NCBI GenBank assembly: GCA_965198115.1
Contig: OZ240241.1
Span: 5,920,001 to 5,984,000, forward strand
DNA: 64,000 nt
Source: Candidatus Latescibacterota bacterium
GTDB taxonomy: Bacteria > Latescibacterota > UBA2968
Reading direction: 5' to 3'
The notes under the pieces are model-generated. The model saw nothing but the letters and a program-made list of their open reading frames with translations, had not been told where the DNA came from and made no database searches. This document shows positions 1 to 11,424 of this stretch, in pieces; position 1 is the stretch's first letter; each line of letters opens with the position of its first letter. Made by a program: the position numbers and the translations under genes.

Positions 1-1
1 C

Positions 2-1960
2 GACCGCCCGGATTACGTTGTCTTCGATCTCGACCCGCCGGAGGGCCAGGACTTCTCAGAGGTCGTCGACCTAGCAATCGACTTTAGAGTCCATCTCGAA
101 TCCCTCGGCTACACGACCTTCGTCAAGACGACGGGCCGCAAAGGGCTCCACGTCGTGGCTCCCCTCGAACCCACGTCGTCCTTCGACGAAGTCTTTGCCG
201 CAGCCAAGGATGCCGCAACACCCTTCGTGAATTCGAATCCAGACCGCGCAACCCTGCATATCAAGAAAGAGGCTCGTAAGGGACGGATCCTGGTCGACGT
301 CTACCGCAACAGGCCACAACAAACCATCCTCTCCCCCTACAGTGCCCGCGGTATCGAGCAAGGCTCGGTCAGCACCCCGATGACTTGGGAAGAGCTCGAG
401 ACCCTCGAGGATCCTTCCGTCCACAACATCCGCACACTACAGGACCGTCTCGTCGAGGAAGGCGATCCCTGGGAGGCGATCGCGGCCTACGCGACGCCGC
501 TCCACACGGCAGTCCCTAAATCGCGCGCATCGGCCAAGACACGTCCCGCTTCACGCACGTACAAATCGCCTGATGCGTTGAAATCCTACGAGGATAAACG
601 AGACTTTTCGACCACGCCCGAGCCCCCACCCGGTTCGGTAGCAGGCTCCGGAAACGGATTCGTCGTTCATCGCCACCACGCGTCGCGGCTGCACTATGAC
701 CTGAGGCTGGAACATGATGGAACCCTGCTCTCGTGGGCGGTCCCGAAAGGGCTGCCACCTCGACCGGGAATCAAACGCCTCGCAGTAAAAGTCGAGGATC
801 ATCCACTCGAATATCTCGACTTCGAAGGACGCATTCCGAAAGGTGAGTATGGCGCAGGACCCATGTGGGTCTTCTCTCGGGGTACCTACGAGATTACCAA
901 GGACAAGAAAGACTCCTTCTACTTTCGTCTCAACAGCCGGGAGCTCAACGCCGAATACCGGCTCATCAACACTCGAGAAAAGGAGTGGCTGCTCGAGAAA
1001 CTCGACGAGCCTCAGGTGGACTGGTTCACCCACCCCGTCGATCCAATGCTCGCGGATACGGCCGAAGCGCCACCGAACGCGGACGATCACACCTTCGAAG
1101 TCAAATGGGATGGCATCCGTGCACTCGTCAAGATCGAGGAGGGCGATCTGCGGCTGACCAGTCGGAGCCAGCGCGACCTGACCTACGCCTTCCCGGAGCT
1201 CAGCGACGCCGAAAAGTCCCTACGCGCGACATCGGCGATTTTCGATGGCGAGATCGTCTGCCTCGACGACGACGGAAAACCGGTCTTCCAGCACACGCTC
1301 AGTCGCATCCAGCAAAAGACAGAAGGATCCATCAAACGAGCGCAGGCACGTCATCCCGCCGTGTGCTATCTGTTCGACTGCCTGTATCTGGACGGAAGAC
1401 CAGTCGTGGCGGAGCCGATCGAGCGACGTCGGGCGTGGCTCGAGGATGCCATCCGGCCCGAAAGCGCCTACAGGATGAGTCAGGCCCTCGACGACGGAAA
1501 GGCGCTGTTCGAAGCTGCTCAGGAGATGGGTTTGGAAGGGATCGTGGCCAAAGAACGCGGATCGGCCTATTATCCGGGTAGACGGAGCGCCAGTTGGCTC
1601 AAAATCAAGGTTCGCCAGACGACAGAATGTCTCGTTATAGGCTATACTCAGGGAAACGGGGACCGGGCGTCGACGTTCGGCGCCCTCCAGCTCGGGGTTC
1701 TCGATGAGGAGCATCTCCGGTATGTCGGCAAGGTCGGCACGGGATTCGACGACCGGCTCCTGAAATCCGTATCGAAAGTGGTGAAGGCCGTTCCCGAGAC
1801 CGACCGTCCCGTCGACACCAAACCCATCGACGACAAAAAGACCACGTGGATCGAGCCGACAATCGTTTGTGAGCTCCAGTACGCGTCCTGGACCGTGAAC
1901 GACACGCTTCGCGAGCCGGTTTTTATCCGCCTGCGCCCAGATCTGTATATTGAGGCGTAA
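2..1960 (+). CDS. ligD: Non-homologous end-joining DNA ligase D (polymerase-phosphoesterase-ligase order), 5' end outside the window
   Basis: Frame is open from base 2 (DRPDYVVFDLDP...KTTGRKGLHV, primase-polymerase domain). Phosphoesterase motifs KRDFSTTPEP, HHASRLHYDLRLE and EDHPLEY. Ligase motifs EVKWDGIR, EGIVAK and WLKIK. Confidence 0.95.
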   Translation, partial: DRPDYVVFDLDPPEGQDFSEVVDLAIDFRVHLESLGYTTFVKTTGRKGLHVVAPLEPTSSFDEVFAAAKDAATPFVNSNPDRATLHIKKEARKGRILVDVYRNRPQQTILSPYSARGIEQGSVSTPMTWEELETLEDPSVHNIRTLQDRLVEEGDPWEAIAAYATPLHTAVPKSRASAKTRPASRTYKSPDALKSYEDKRDFSTTPEPPPGSVAGSGNGFVVHRHHASRLHYDLRLEHDGTLLSWAVPKGLPPRPGIKRLAVKVEDHPLEYLDFEGRIPKGEYGAGPMWVFSRGTYEITKDKKDSFYFRLNSRELNAEYRLINTREKEWLLEKLDEPQVDWFTHPVDPMLADTAEAPPNADDHTFEVKWDGIRALVKIEEGDLRLTSRSQRDLTYAFPELSDAEKSLRATSAIFDGEIVCLDDDGKPVFQHTLSRIQQKTEGSIKRAQARHPAVCYLFDCLYLDGRPVVAEPIERRRAWLEDAIRPESAYRMSQALDDGKALFEAAQEMGLEGIVAKERGSAYYPGRRSASWLKIKVRQTTECLVIGYTQGNGDRASTFGALQLGVLDEEHLRYVGKVGTGFDDRLLKSVSKVVKAVPETDRPVDTKPIDDKKTTWIEPTIVCELQYASWTVNDTLREPVFIRLRPDLYIEA

Positions 1961-2136
1961 GCAGGAGTCAGAAAAACACGAAGGGGGGCCAGAGGTTCCC
2001 CTTGATACACGACAGGCAACTCGTTCTACGCAATTTTTGGCAACGACGTCCCGGGAAACTGCGGAGGTATACCCAGGTATCCCCGTTTCCTTGGGGTCTT
2101 CGTGTCTTAGCGTTGAATACTCCCCAGAGGTCGTTT

Positions 2137-3750
2137 ATGCCACGCAACATCGACGATATCGGTTGGAACGCATCGAGTGAAGTCGGCGCCGTCGCAGCAG
2201 GAGGTGCGGGTGCAGTCGATGCTGGTCTCCAGATACTCGAAGCTGGAGGAAACGCAGCAGATGCCGCCGCGGCCACCATCTTCGCCCTCCAGGTCACCGA
2301 CCACGGCGCGTGTTGCATCGGCGGCGAGGTCCCGCTCCTGATCCACATCGCGGAAACGGGCGAGACAAAGTCGCTCTCCGGAATGGGGCGCGCTCCGCTA
2401 TCTCAGGACGCCATCGATTGGTACATGAAAAACGGGATCCCAGGTCCCGGCGACATGAAGATGGCGCCTGTGCCGTCCGTCGTTGACCTGTGTATCACCA
2501 CACTCAAGACCTACGGTACGAAGTCCCTAGAACAGATCATCGCACCCACGCTTGTCATCCTTGATGCCGGTACGGAGGAATGGGAACCCAAGCTCGCCAG
2601 GACCCTGCGTCGGATGGTCGACGAGGAACAAGCGACGTCCGGAAGCCGTGAGGAAAAACTCCAAGCCGCGTGTGATCGTTTTTATGGTCGCAGCAAGCGC
2701 TATAACGACATCGCCGAGGAACTCGAGGCTGAATTCAAGAAACACGGCAGCTTCCTGCGCATCTCCGACCTCGCGAACCATCGTACCCGCATCGAAGACC
2801 CTGTCACCGCCGATTATCGAGGCCATACCGTCTGCAAGTGCGACACGTGGACGCAGGGCCCCTTCCTCCTTCAAGCTCTACGCCTGATCGAAGGTTTCGA
2901 TGTGAAGGAGATGGGTCATCTCTCGGCAGACACCATTCATCTTTCAACCGAGATGCTCAAACTCGCCATGGCCGACAGGGACGCCTACTATGGCGATCCC
3001 GAGTTTGTCGACGTTCCGCTCGATACACTCCTCTCGGACGAGTACACCGACATGCGCCGACCCCTGATCGACATGACCACGGCGGATCTCGAAGCACGAC
3101 CGGGAGATCCATACGAGATGAAACCCGTCGCTCAGAACGGCGTATTTCGACCTGGTGGTGACGGCACTACCACCTGCGTCGTCGCAGACCGCTGGGGCAA
3201 CGTCGTCGCCGCGACGCCCAGCGCGAACGTCGACCGCAGCCGGATAGATGGGGGCGAGGCGGGCGTCACCTACGGCAACCGGCTCAAAAGTCTCAACACC
3301 GTACCTGGCCATCCCAACTGCATCATGCCGGGAAAGCGACCGCGCATCACCCTGACGCCCACCCTCGTCCTCAAGGATGGCAAACCGATTTATGCCATGA
3401 GTGTGGCCGGCGGGGACAAACAGGACCAGGCGATGCTCAATCTCATCATCAACGCCGTCGACTTTGGTATGCTCCCGTCAGACGCCGTCACCGCGCCCCG
3501 ATTCTGTACCTACCATCATCAGAACTCATTCGACCCGAACCCGGACCGATCGCAGACGTTCAACAACGCCGGCGCCCTCGAGCTCTGCTCTGACATCCCG
3601 GAAAGTGTTCGATCGGACCTGGCGCAGCGAGGCCATCCTGTCGAGGCGAAAGACGGCGCCATCGCCACTCCCGTGATGCTCAAAGTTGAAGACGGCACGA
3701 TCCACGCCGCCGGCGACCCGAACGCCAGACGCCACGCCGACGGGCTATAG
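2137..3750 (+). CDS. ggt: Gamma-glutamyltransferase family protein
   Basis: AGGNAADAAAA, DRDAYYGDP, nucleophile region GTTTCVVADRWGN and PGKRPR. ATG at 2137 follows an AGAGG RBS. Confidence 0.88.
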   Translation: MPRNIDDIGWNASSEVGAVAAGGAGAVDAGLQILEAGGNAADAAAATIFALQVTDHGACCIGGEVPLLIHIAETGETKSLSGMGRAPLSQDAIDWYMKNGIPGPGDMKMAPVPSVVDLCITTLKTYGTKSLEQIIAPTLVILDAGTEEWEPKLARTLRRMVDEEQATSGSREEKLQAACDRFYGRSKRYNDIAEELEAEFKKHGSFLRISDLANHRTRIEDPVTADYRGHTVCKCDTWTQGPFLLQALRLIEGFDVKEMGHLSADTIHLSTEMLKLAMADRDAYYGDPEFVDVPLDTLLSDEYTDMRRPLIDMTTADLEARPGDPYEMKPVAQNGVFRPGGDGTTTCVVADRWGNVVAATPSANVDRSRIDGGEAGVTYGNRLKSLNTVPGHPNCIMPGKRPRITLTPTLVLKDGKPIYAMSVAGGDKQDQAMLNLIINAVDFGMLPSDAVTAPRFCTYHHQNSFDPNPDRSQTFNNAGALELCSDIPESVRSDLAQRGHPVEAKDGAIATPVMLKVEDGTIHAAGDPNARRHADGL

Positions 3751-3776
3751 CAACTACATTCGTTCTACACTCTGCA

Positions 3777-3852
3777 ATGGAGCCAACCACAATCACCCGG
3801 CTCGCGGAGACCGTCTACGAGTCCTCCGCGATGTTGGCGGGCATGCAACTAG
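3777..3852 (+). pseudogene. 25-codon gene start truncated by IS1380, possibly an O-methyltransferase dimerisation-domain N-terminus
   Basis: MEPTTITRLAETVYESSAMLAGMQL runs directly into the IS left end. No continuation is visible after the IS. Confidence 0.35.
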
Positions 3853-5422
3853 CCTGAATCATGCATGAATTTGAGTTTAGGTTGTTTTGGAGTGATGTGA
3901 TCACGCACAGGATTTGTTCTCGGCTTCTTCGGATGTCCAAGGTCCCGTAAGCGGTCTCTACGAGTCGCAAGAGTCACGATTTTCGTCCGGAACAGGTGTT
4001 GTTTTGCGACGTGTACATAGCTGTCCCCGGTATAGATCGGCGTTGTTACTGCGTGTTCGTTTCGAGCCTGGTGATGATTGACACCAAGACGTTTTTGAGT
4101 GGATACGATGTTGGAAAATGGAATCGGATTCTTCGTGCGCTTTCAATGACTCTCGCGCCGATTTTGAGGAAACGGTTCTGTATCGTGTTGACCTGAGGTT
4201 TGGTCCACGCGGTGCCCTTGAGTCCCTGTGATCGGAGTGCGTGAAGCAAGGCGTATGCAGCACTGTGTAGAAAGAGTCGGAACTGGTTGGCTTCAAACTT
4301 GTGGCACGATGTTCGATCGGATACGATCATAGATAAAGCCGTCTCGATTACTCTGTAAATTGGTCACGCGGTATCTTGGATTTGCTTCGCCGTTTGTGAC
4401 TTCAGCCTTGTGAATGATCCGGCGAGGCTGCCGGTAGGTGCCAGCCTGATATGAGAAGGATGAGAACAAGCGAATCGTCTCCTTATGCTCGCTCAGACGT
4501 AGCGCTTGGTCCATCAGGTTTTGTCCAGCCGCTTTGAGCTTGGAGTTGGCGCCCTGGCCCAGAACGTAGTAGATACCGTTGTCTTCGCAGAAATCGTGCA
4601 TCTCTGGTGAGCTGAACTTTGAGTCTGCGCGAACGATGATCTCCACGTTTGGCCAAGATCCGCGTAGGTGTTCCACCAAGCGCTTGAGAATAGAAACGAC
4701 CTGTTTACCGTTCGTCGGATGCCCGGGTCTCAAGATCGTCGTAATGAGCTTGCCGCTTTGGCCTTCATAGATATGTAGCGGCATATAGCAGTGTTCATTG
4801 TAATACGCGTTGAAGAGTGAAAATTGTTGCGCACCGTGCGTTGGGTCATCCGTGTCGTCGATATCGAGAATGATGCTTGGGGGTGCCTGGTCATACGATG
4901 CGATGAACCCGTCTACAAAAGCCCGTGCGAGCCGATACAAATCCGAGCGTCGCACATCATTCTCAAGTCGTGTCATCGTTGATTGGCTCCCGAGATCAGG
5001 ACCGGAAAGAGGAAGCCGATCGCAGGCAGCCTTGACGCCCGGATCGTGGCGCAAATCATCACAATCGACGGCATCTTCATAGCCGCAAGCGATCTGAAAA
5101 ACACGCTGCTTCACAAGATCCAAAAGCGTGTGATCGATATAGCTTGGGTGACGACGATCTCGCAAAGCATCTACCATTCTGGCGATCAATCCCATCTGAG
5201 ACTCAAGGGCGCGAAGCAACAGAACTCCACCGTCACTCCTGACGGCGCCACCGGCAAAATCAGCCTCAACTACCTTGCCCGAAATGCTTGCGAATGGTAA
5301 CCGGATCTGACTAGGTTCTATCACGGTAGTTCCTTCCAAGTGTTGTTTTGATGTGTCAGCCCTAATGTAGGGAAAAACAAACACTTGTACAAGGAGACTA
5401 CCTTTTTTATGCATAATTCAGG
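3853..5422 (-). mobile_element. IS1380-family insertion sequence
   Basis: Terminal IRs CCTGAATCATGCATGA (3853) and TTATGCATAATTCAGG (ends 5422) match at 14/16. Flanks are CTAG and CTAA. Confidence 0.88.
4046..5414 (-). pseudogene. IS1380-family transposase, frameshifted with an apparent internal deletion near 4320
   Basis: Motifs SDGGVLLL, GYEDAVD, LDIDDTDDPTHGAQQ and RADSKF. The C-terminal SDRTSCHKFEANQFRL is in another frame, and the usual RG-x-MEN-x-IKE segment with the catalytic Glu is missing. Confidence 0.85.
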
Positions 5423-5539
5423 CTAATTGTATTTAAATAAGTTAGCATAAAAGAGCTTAGTGTCACCGCAGGACTCAAGAAGGTCGAGAAATCCAGCCGA
5501 TACCCCATCACCCACCAGCTCTGTGCGGCGAGACCGCGT

Positions 5540-6805
5540 CTACCCTTCCATCAGGCTCGAGATTTTCCGATCGAGTAGTGCGCGTTCTCGGTTGGAGGAG
5601 GTCTTTTTTCTCGCAGTGGCGAAAGCCTCCCGAGCACGGTCGATTTCGCCGGCTTCGACGTGCAGCTGCCCGAGCGTTGCTTCGAAGAGATAGTATCGAT
5701 CCAGCGCGGCTAGACGTTCGATTTAACCGATGGCGCTGATTCCGGCGGCCGGTCCCTGGACTTTCGACAGCGCGATGGCCCTGTTGAGCTGATAGATCGG
5801 GGACGGCTTCAGCTCGATGAGTGTGCCGTAGAGGTCGAGAATCGCACTCCAATCGGTTTCTGCCACGCTGGGGGCGATGCAGTGGAGCGCAGCGATGGCT
5901 GCCTTGAGATGGTAGGTCGAGACACGAAGGGCTTCAGATGCTCTTTCGAGATCTCTCAGACCTTCGGTGATGAGTGCGCGATCCCATCGAGAGCGATCCT
6001 GATCCTCGAGCAAGACGATATCCCCGTGTTCGTCCAGCCGTGCGTCGAAGCGCGCCGCGTGGAGTTTCATGAGTGCGAGCAGAGCCCACGTGACATCGGA
6101 GTGAAAGGCCGGGTGATCGGCGAGCATCCCACACAGACGAATGGCCTCCTCGCATAGACTGCGCCGGATGACTTCCTCGGAATGGGACGATGCGTAGCCT
6201 TCGTTGAAGAGCAAGTATAGGATGGTGTGGACTGAATCGAGCCGTAGTTCGAGACGGCTTCCGGATGGCAGGTCGAGCAGGTCTTCTCGCTCGCGGAGAC
6301 GCTGCCGCGCACGCTGGATTCGCTTGTGGACGTTTGCATCGGATGTGAGGAGAGCGTCTGCGATTTCTCGTGTGCCAAAGCCGCACAAAGACTTGAGCGT
6401 GACGGCGATTCGCGATTCGGTGGGAAGGTCGGGGTCGCAGCAGGCGAACATCATTCGCAGCTGGCTGTCACTGATTTCGTCGTCGAGGAAAACCGTGTCC
6501 AGGCGTTTGTCGTCGAGCGTGGCCTGAAGTTCGTTGGCCACATCACTCTGAAAGCGATCGACGACTTCCTCGTGGCGCAGGAGATCGAGGGCTCGGTTCT
6601 TGGCCACGCGATACAGCCATCCTGAAGGATTGTCCGGCACCGAGCCGAAGCGCCAGCGCTCGAGCGCTTCCACGAGGGCGGCTTGAGCGACATCTTCGGC
6701 CAGGTCGATGTGACGGGGACCGAAAAAATGTGTAAGAGCGGCTACGAGACGCCCCGACTCGTGACGGAAGAAGTGATCGAGGATTTGGTCAGCGCTTTTC
6801 GTCAT
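5540..6805 (-). pseudogene. ECF sigma-70 factor with C-terminal TPR-like extension (YciI-associated type), in-frame TAA at 5723-5725
   Basis: AEDVAQAALVEAL, LRMMFACCDP and LYLLFNEGY. The same frame resumes after TAA as IERLAALDRYYLFEATLGQLH...MEG to TAG at 5540. Confidence 0.85.
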
Positions 6806-6947
6806 TGGCTAAGCGAACCGCGGAAAACCAGCCACTGAGAACACGGAGATCACGGAGGTGGAGGAGATCCCGGACCCCCAGGCCCTAAACGGGAACAGGG
6901 CCTGGTAGTCGGGAGGATCTTTGTCGACGCTGGCAAGTCCCCTGCAA

Positions 6948-7322
6948 CTAATTGGGGCAGGCGTGTTCGATAATGGCGACTCGGCGGACTTCGACTTTGC
7001 CGCCAAGTTCGAGGGCAGGACAGTCTTTGGCGAGTTCGGAGGCTTCGTCGAACGAATCGGCTTCGATCATCACAAAACCGCCGATGAGTTCTTTCGATTC
7101 GGTGAAGGGACCGTCGGTGATCGTTCTGTCGGGCTCGACGGTGTTACCTCCCTTTTCGAGTGGCTCACCGCCCTTGTAGATGCCCTTGTCACGAAGGGTG
7201 GCGATCCAGGTGAACCACTTCTGCATATGATGCTGCATTTCTTCAGGGCTCAGATCGTTGTCGGATGGTTCTCCGCCCCTGAAAAGGAACAGGTAGTCGG
7301 ACACGGGGACCTCGATCAGCAA
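6948..7322 (-). CDS. YciI/DGPF-domain protein
   Basis: GGEPL, TDGPFTESKELIGGF and CP...VEVR motifs. Confidence 0.9.
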   Translation of the reverse strand: MLIEVPVSDYLFLFRGGEPSDNDLSPEEMQHHMQKWFTWIATLRDKGIYKGGEPLEKGGNTVEPDRTITDGPFTESKELIGGFVMIEADSFDEASELAKDCPALELGGKVEVRRVAIIEHACPN

Positions 7323-7721
7323 TTAGGAAACTGCGGCCTCGGTCGCAGCATCAGATTCCTCGAACGCTCGGCTACCACAGGGACCACCCGGGGCGCTTCT
7401 CACTTCGACCTTCCCACCCGCTTCGAGAACCGGACAGTTTTTGGCCTCTTCAGTCGCGGCCTCGAGGGAGTCGACGTCGAGGATGACAAGGCCGCCGATC
7501 AGTTCCTTCGCCTCGACCAGTGGACTGTCGGTGACGGTGCCATCGGACAGAACGACACAGCCCTCCTCGTCGCTCAGCGGCTCGCCCCCCTTGTAGATGC
7601 CCTTTGCACCCAGCGATTCGATCCACGTCTGCCACTTCTGAAAGTGGACCTGGAGCTGTTCATCGGACCAGTTCTGTTGTCGGGCGTTTCCGCCACGGAA
7701 TAAGAGCATATAGTCAGCCAT
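7323..7721 (-). CDS. YciI/DGPF-domain protein (tandem paralog)
   Basis: GGEPL, TDSPLVEAKELIGG and CPVLEAGGKVEVR. Clearly similar to the neighbouring gene. Confidence 0.88.
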   Translation of the reverse strand: MADYMLLFRGGNARQQNWSDEQLQVHFQKWQTWIESLGAKGIYKGGEPLSDEEGCVVLSDGTVTDSPLVEAKELIGGLVILDVDSLEAATEEAKNCPVLEAGGKVEVRSAPGGPCGSRAFEESDAATEAAVS

Positions 7722-7803
7722 AGAGAGAAAACCTCAATCAGGAATCAGGAAATTACCGTATTAGGAAATTGACGGGTTCGCTACGGAGTGATGACGCTCC
7801 TAC

Positions 7804-8172
7804 TTAACTTTCGTTCCCGGATTGAAAGAGGCCGAGGATGGCTCCGGACGGGTCCTTGATGATGCCGAACCAGCCCATATTCGGGATTTCGGTTTTCTCG
7901 TTAATGACCTCTCCGCCGAGGGATTTGGCCTTCTCGACGGACACGGCGACATCGTCGACGAGGACGTAGGGCATCCAGGCTGTGGGTGCATCTTCGCACA
8001 TTTTGGGCGTGATGCCACCTCCGGTGCCGTCATCGCCGACTCCGACCATCGTGTAGGTCATATCGCCCATCGGCATATCTTCGAGCTGCCAATCGAACAA
8101 CTCGCTGTAGAACGACTTCGACTTACCGGCGTCGTCGGTGTGCAACTCAATGTGGCAGAAAGGATTACCCAT
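7804..8172 (-). CDS. VOC/glyoxalase family protein
   Basis: FCHIEL...FYSELFDW, WMPYVLVDDV and DPSGAILGLFQ. Confidence 0.9.
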   Translation of the reverse strand: MGNPFCHIELHTDDAGKSKSFYSELFDWQLEDMPMGDMTYTMVGVGDDGTGGGITPKMCEDAPTAWMPYVLVDDVAVSVEKAKSLGGEVINEKTEIPNMGWFGIIKDPSGAILGLFQSGNES

Positions 8173-8398
8173 TGATTCCTCCAAGAGGGAGATGGTGGTT
8201 TCTTTCGGCTTTCATTGTAAAGACGGATGGTGGGTGAGACAATGGACACTGATGATAAGGAAAATGCAGAATCAGGGAAACGCGTTGGGAGCTTGGGAAT
8301 GACGGGCGGGGCTGAAGCGGCCAGGATGGTAGGCAGTGAGGAGGCAGAAGGCAGAAGTGAGGAGGGAAGGGGAACGGCGGCGTTTCACAGCATCTGTG

Positions 8399-9721
8399 GA
8401 GTGTGTAAGATTAACCGTATAACTGGTGATAGAATCCTATAGTGAAGAAACAGGAGGTTCTATGGCCAGGAATGCTGAAGTCGATCGTCTCCTCGATGAG
8501 CTGATCAAGAACTGTGACGGTCCCGATGACCTACTGGGCGAGAAAGGTCTGCTGAAGCAACTGACTGCCGGGCTGGTGGAGCGGATGCTCGAAAGCGAGA
8601 TAACCGACCACCTGGGCTACGAGAAGCACGATTCTGACGGTAAGAACAGTGGTAACTCCCGCAACGGCAAGACTCCGAAGACACTGAAGACCGACCGTGG
8701 TGCGATCCCGATCGAAGTGCCTCGGGACCGCAATGGTGAGTTCGAGCCCCAGATCGTCAGAAAGCGCCAGAGACGGTTCGACAGGTTTGATGACACGATC
8801 ATCTCGCTGTATTCCCGTGGGATGACGACTCGAGCGATTCAGGAGCACCTGAAGGAGCTCTACGGGGTCGATGTCTCTCCCTCGCTGCTCTCCAGTGTGA
8901 CTGATGATGTCATCGAGGAGGTCAAGGCCTGGCAGTCCAGACCTCTGGACACCATCTATCCGATCGTCTATCTGGACGCGATCCGCGTCAAGATTCGAGA
9001 CGATGGAAGCGTCACGAACAAGGCCGTCTACCTTGCGTTGGGCGTTAATCTATCAGGAAACAAAGAGCTCTTAGGCCTTTGGACGGCTCAGAACGAAGGC
9101 GCGAAGTTCTGGATGTCGGTCCTGACCGAGCTCCAGAACCGTGGCGTCAACGATATCTTCCTGGCCTGTGTAGATGGGCTCAACGGCTTCCCTGAAGCGA
9201 TTGAAGCCGTCTTCCCGAGGACAGATGTTCAACTGTGCATCGTCCATATGGTGCGGAACAGCTTGAACTACGTCTCCTGGAAGAACCGCAAAGAAGTCGC
9301 CCGAGACCTCAAAGCGATCTACCAGTCCGCCACACTTCGTAAGGCCGAGAACCAACTGGAGAAGTTCTCTGTGAAGTGGGACAACACCTACTCGATGATC
9401 GGTCGGTCCTGGCGTGAACACTGGGAGCACATCACCCCGTTCTTCGCCTACCCACCAGAGATCCGGAAGGTGATCTACACGACGAACGCCATCGAGTCAA
9501 TGAACGCATCGCTCCGGAAAGTCACGAAGAACAGAGGCGCGTTCCCGAATGATCAGGCCGCCATCAAACTCCTGTATCTGGCGATCCGAAACATCTCCAA
9601 ACGATGGACCCGGCCACTGAACGATTGGAATGGGGCCATCAACCGGTTCGCCATCATGTTCGAAGATCGTGTCCCGTTAAAGTAATCGTGTCACCAGTTA
9701 CACAAATCTCTGGACACACCC
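8399..9721 (+). mobile_element. IS256-family insertion sequence, intact
   Basis: 8-bp target duplication CATCTGTG at 8391-8398 and 9722-9729. Imperfect IRs GAGTGTGTAAG...TAACTGGTGA and TCACCAGTTA...GGACACACCC. Confidence 0.95.
8462..9685 (+). CDS. IS256-family transposase
   Basis: RNGKTPK, PRDRNGEFEP, YLDAI, DGLNGF, CIVHMVRN and YTTNAIES. Confidence 0.97.
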   Translation: MARNAEVDRLLDELIKNCDGPDDLLGEKGLLKQLTAGLVERMLESEITDHLGYEKHDSDGKNSGNSRNGKTPKTLKTDRGAIPIEVPRDRNGEFEPQIVRKRQRRFDRFDDTIISLYSRGMTTRAIQEHLKELYGVDVSPSLLSSVTDDVIEEVKAWQSRPLDTIYPIVYLDAIRVKIRDDGSVTNKAVYLALGVNLSGNKELLGLWTAQNEGAKFWMSVLTELQNRGVNDIFLACVDGLNGFPEAIEAVFPRTDVQLCIVHMVRNSLNYVSWKNRKEVARDLKAIYQSATLRKAENQLEKFSVKWDNTYSMIGRSWREHWEHITPFFAYPPEIRKVIYTTNAIESMNASLRKVTKNRGAFPNDQAAIKLLYLAIRNISKRWTRPLNDWNGAINRFAIMFEDRVPLK

Positions 9722-9767
9722 CATCTGTGAGGGCGCCGCTTCTCTGTCGGACCTGCTTCAGCGGGCA

Positions 9768-11258
9768 ATGAGGGGACCGATGTTGGGCGCACTCGCCATG
9801 CTTGCCGCTGGCATCTGCGTGTCCATCATCTTCCAACGCCAGTGGGAAGACAACGAACGCCTCACATTCCCGCTCGCCCAGTTTGCCGTAGAGCTCACGT
9901 CTGGCTTCGATCAACCCAACCGTGTTCCCCGCCATCTTCCGCAACGCGGTCTTCTGGGCGGGCTTCTTCGTCGTGTTCGTCTGGAACATCATCGGATACT
10001 TCGCGATCGATCTTCCCGCCATCACCCTCTACGGCGGTGTGAACAGCAAGCGTGTCATCGTCTCCAAACACTTCCCCGACCTTATCTTCCGTGTGATGCC
10101 TCCCGTCGTAGGTCTCACCTACTTCTGCGATCTGGACATCCTGCTCAGCTTCTGGCTCCTCCGCATCGTCGCCATCCTCAAAATCGGAGCCATGAACCTT
10201 ACCGGTTTCAGCATCGGACAGGAAGGACAGCAAGCCAAACAGATCGAAATCATCAACCTCGAAAGTCACGGAGCGATGGTCATGCTGGCTGTCTGGTCGA
10301 TCTGGGTGAGCCGGGAGCATCTGGGTCGCGTCTGGCGAGCCGCCGTGGAAGGGCCGAACTCGTCAGCCAACGATGGCATGATCTCCTATCGAACAGCCGT
10401 AGTTTGTTTTGTCGCAGCCACCCTGTTTGTCATCGGTTGGATGAACGCCATCGGCATGTCGATTCCCATCGCCGTTCTCCACACCATCATCATCTACATC
10501 GCCTACCCCTCACCGTCGCCAAGTTCACGGCCGCCAGCGGGTTTCCCCACATCTTCCCCGTCACCTACAAGGGCGGCGCGATGCTCGAAACCTTCGTGGG
10601 CACAGCCAACCTGAACGGTCCCGATGTGGTCGGGATCGGTTTGGTCAACTCGAGCGCGTTTTACGGGAATCTACGCATCCCGGCCTGGCCATCTCTCCCC
10701 CACCACTTCAAGCTGCTTGGTCGCATCGCTCGCAAACCGTCCCGGCTGGCGTGGATGGCCGTCCTGGCCTTCACGGTTGGCATCCTGACATCATTCCCGT
10801 TCGTCATCAGTCTGGGCTACAACGAGGGTGGGCAAAACCTGGGGACGAATCCGTTTGCCCCGGACGGCGGATCCGTCAACATCTACAATGGAATGGCCGC
10901 CAAGATCCTGGAATCGGATCGGACCGTGTTTGATCCCGCAAAAATGGCCGTCTGGCTGCTCGGCGCCGTCGAAGCATCCGTCCTCGTCCTGCTGCGCAAC
11001 CACCTGCCCTGGTGGCCCCTGCACCCACTGGGTATCGCCTTCCAGAACACCTGGGGCCCCGAGCTGTATGCGTTTTCGATCTTCATGACCTGGATGGCCA
11101 AAACCATCCTTTTACGCATCGGTGGCATCGGTCTCTACCGACGTGCTGCGCCCTTCTTCGTTGGTCTCCCCGTCGGTTACGTCTCAGGCATCCTCGTTTC
11201 TGGCATCGTCGATATCATCTGGTTCCCCGACGGCGGCCATTGGGTCCACGGCTGGTAG
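9768..11258 (+). pseudogene. DUF6785/DUF6784-type polytopic membrane protein (putative peptide transporter), 5'-truncated and frameshifted
   Basis: WEDNERLTFPLAQ and C-terminal WPLHPLG...LRIGG...YRRAAPFFVGL motifs. The hydrophobic middle part is in another frame (9922-10510). Confidence 0.65.
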
Positions 11259-11424
11259 GCAGGACACAGAAGTATTCCCTCGAGTTCAAAGCCGATCGGC
11301 GATGTAATCGCGTCGTCCGCACCCCGACACCGTTTGTCGTCTTGACAAAGGCCACGCGTTCCCCAGATACTGATTCATTCGAGCATCGCACATCAGCGCA
11401 GTGGTCAGCTATTATGGAGGAACG

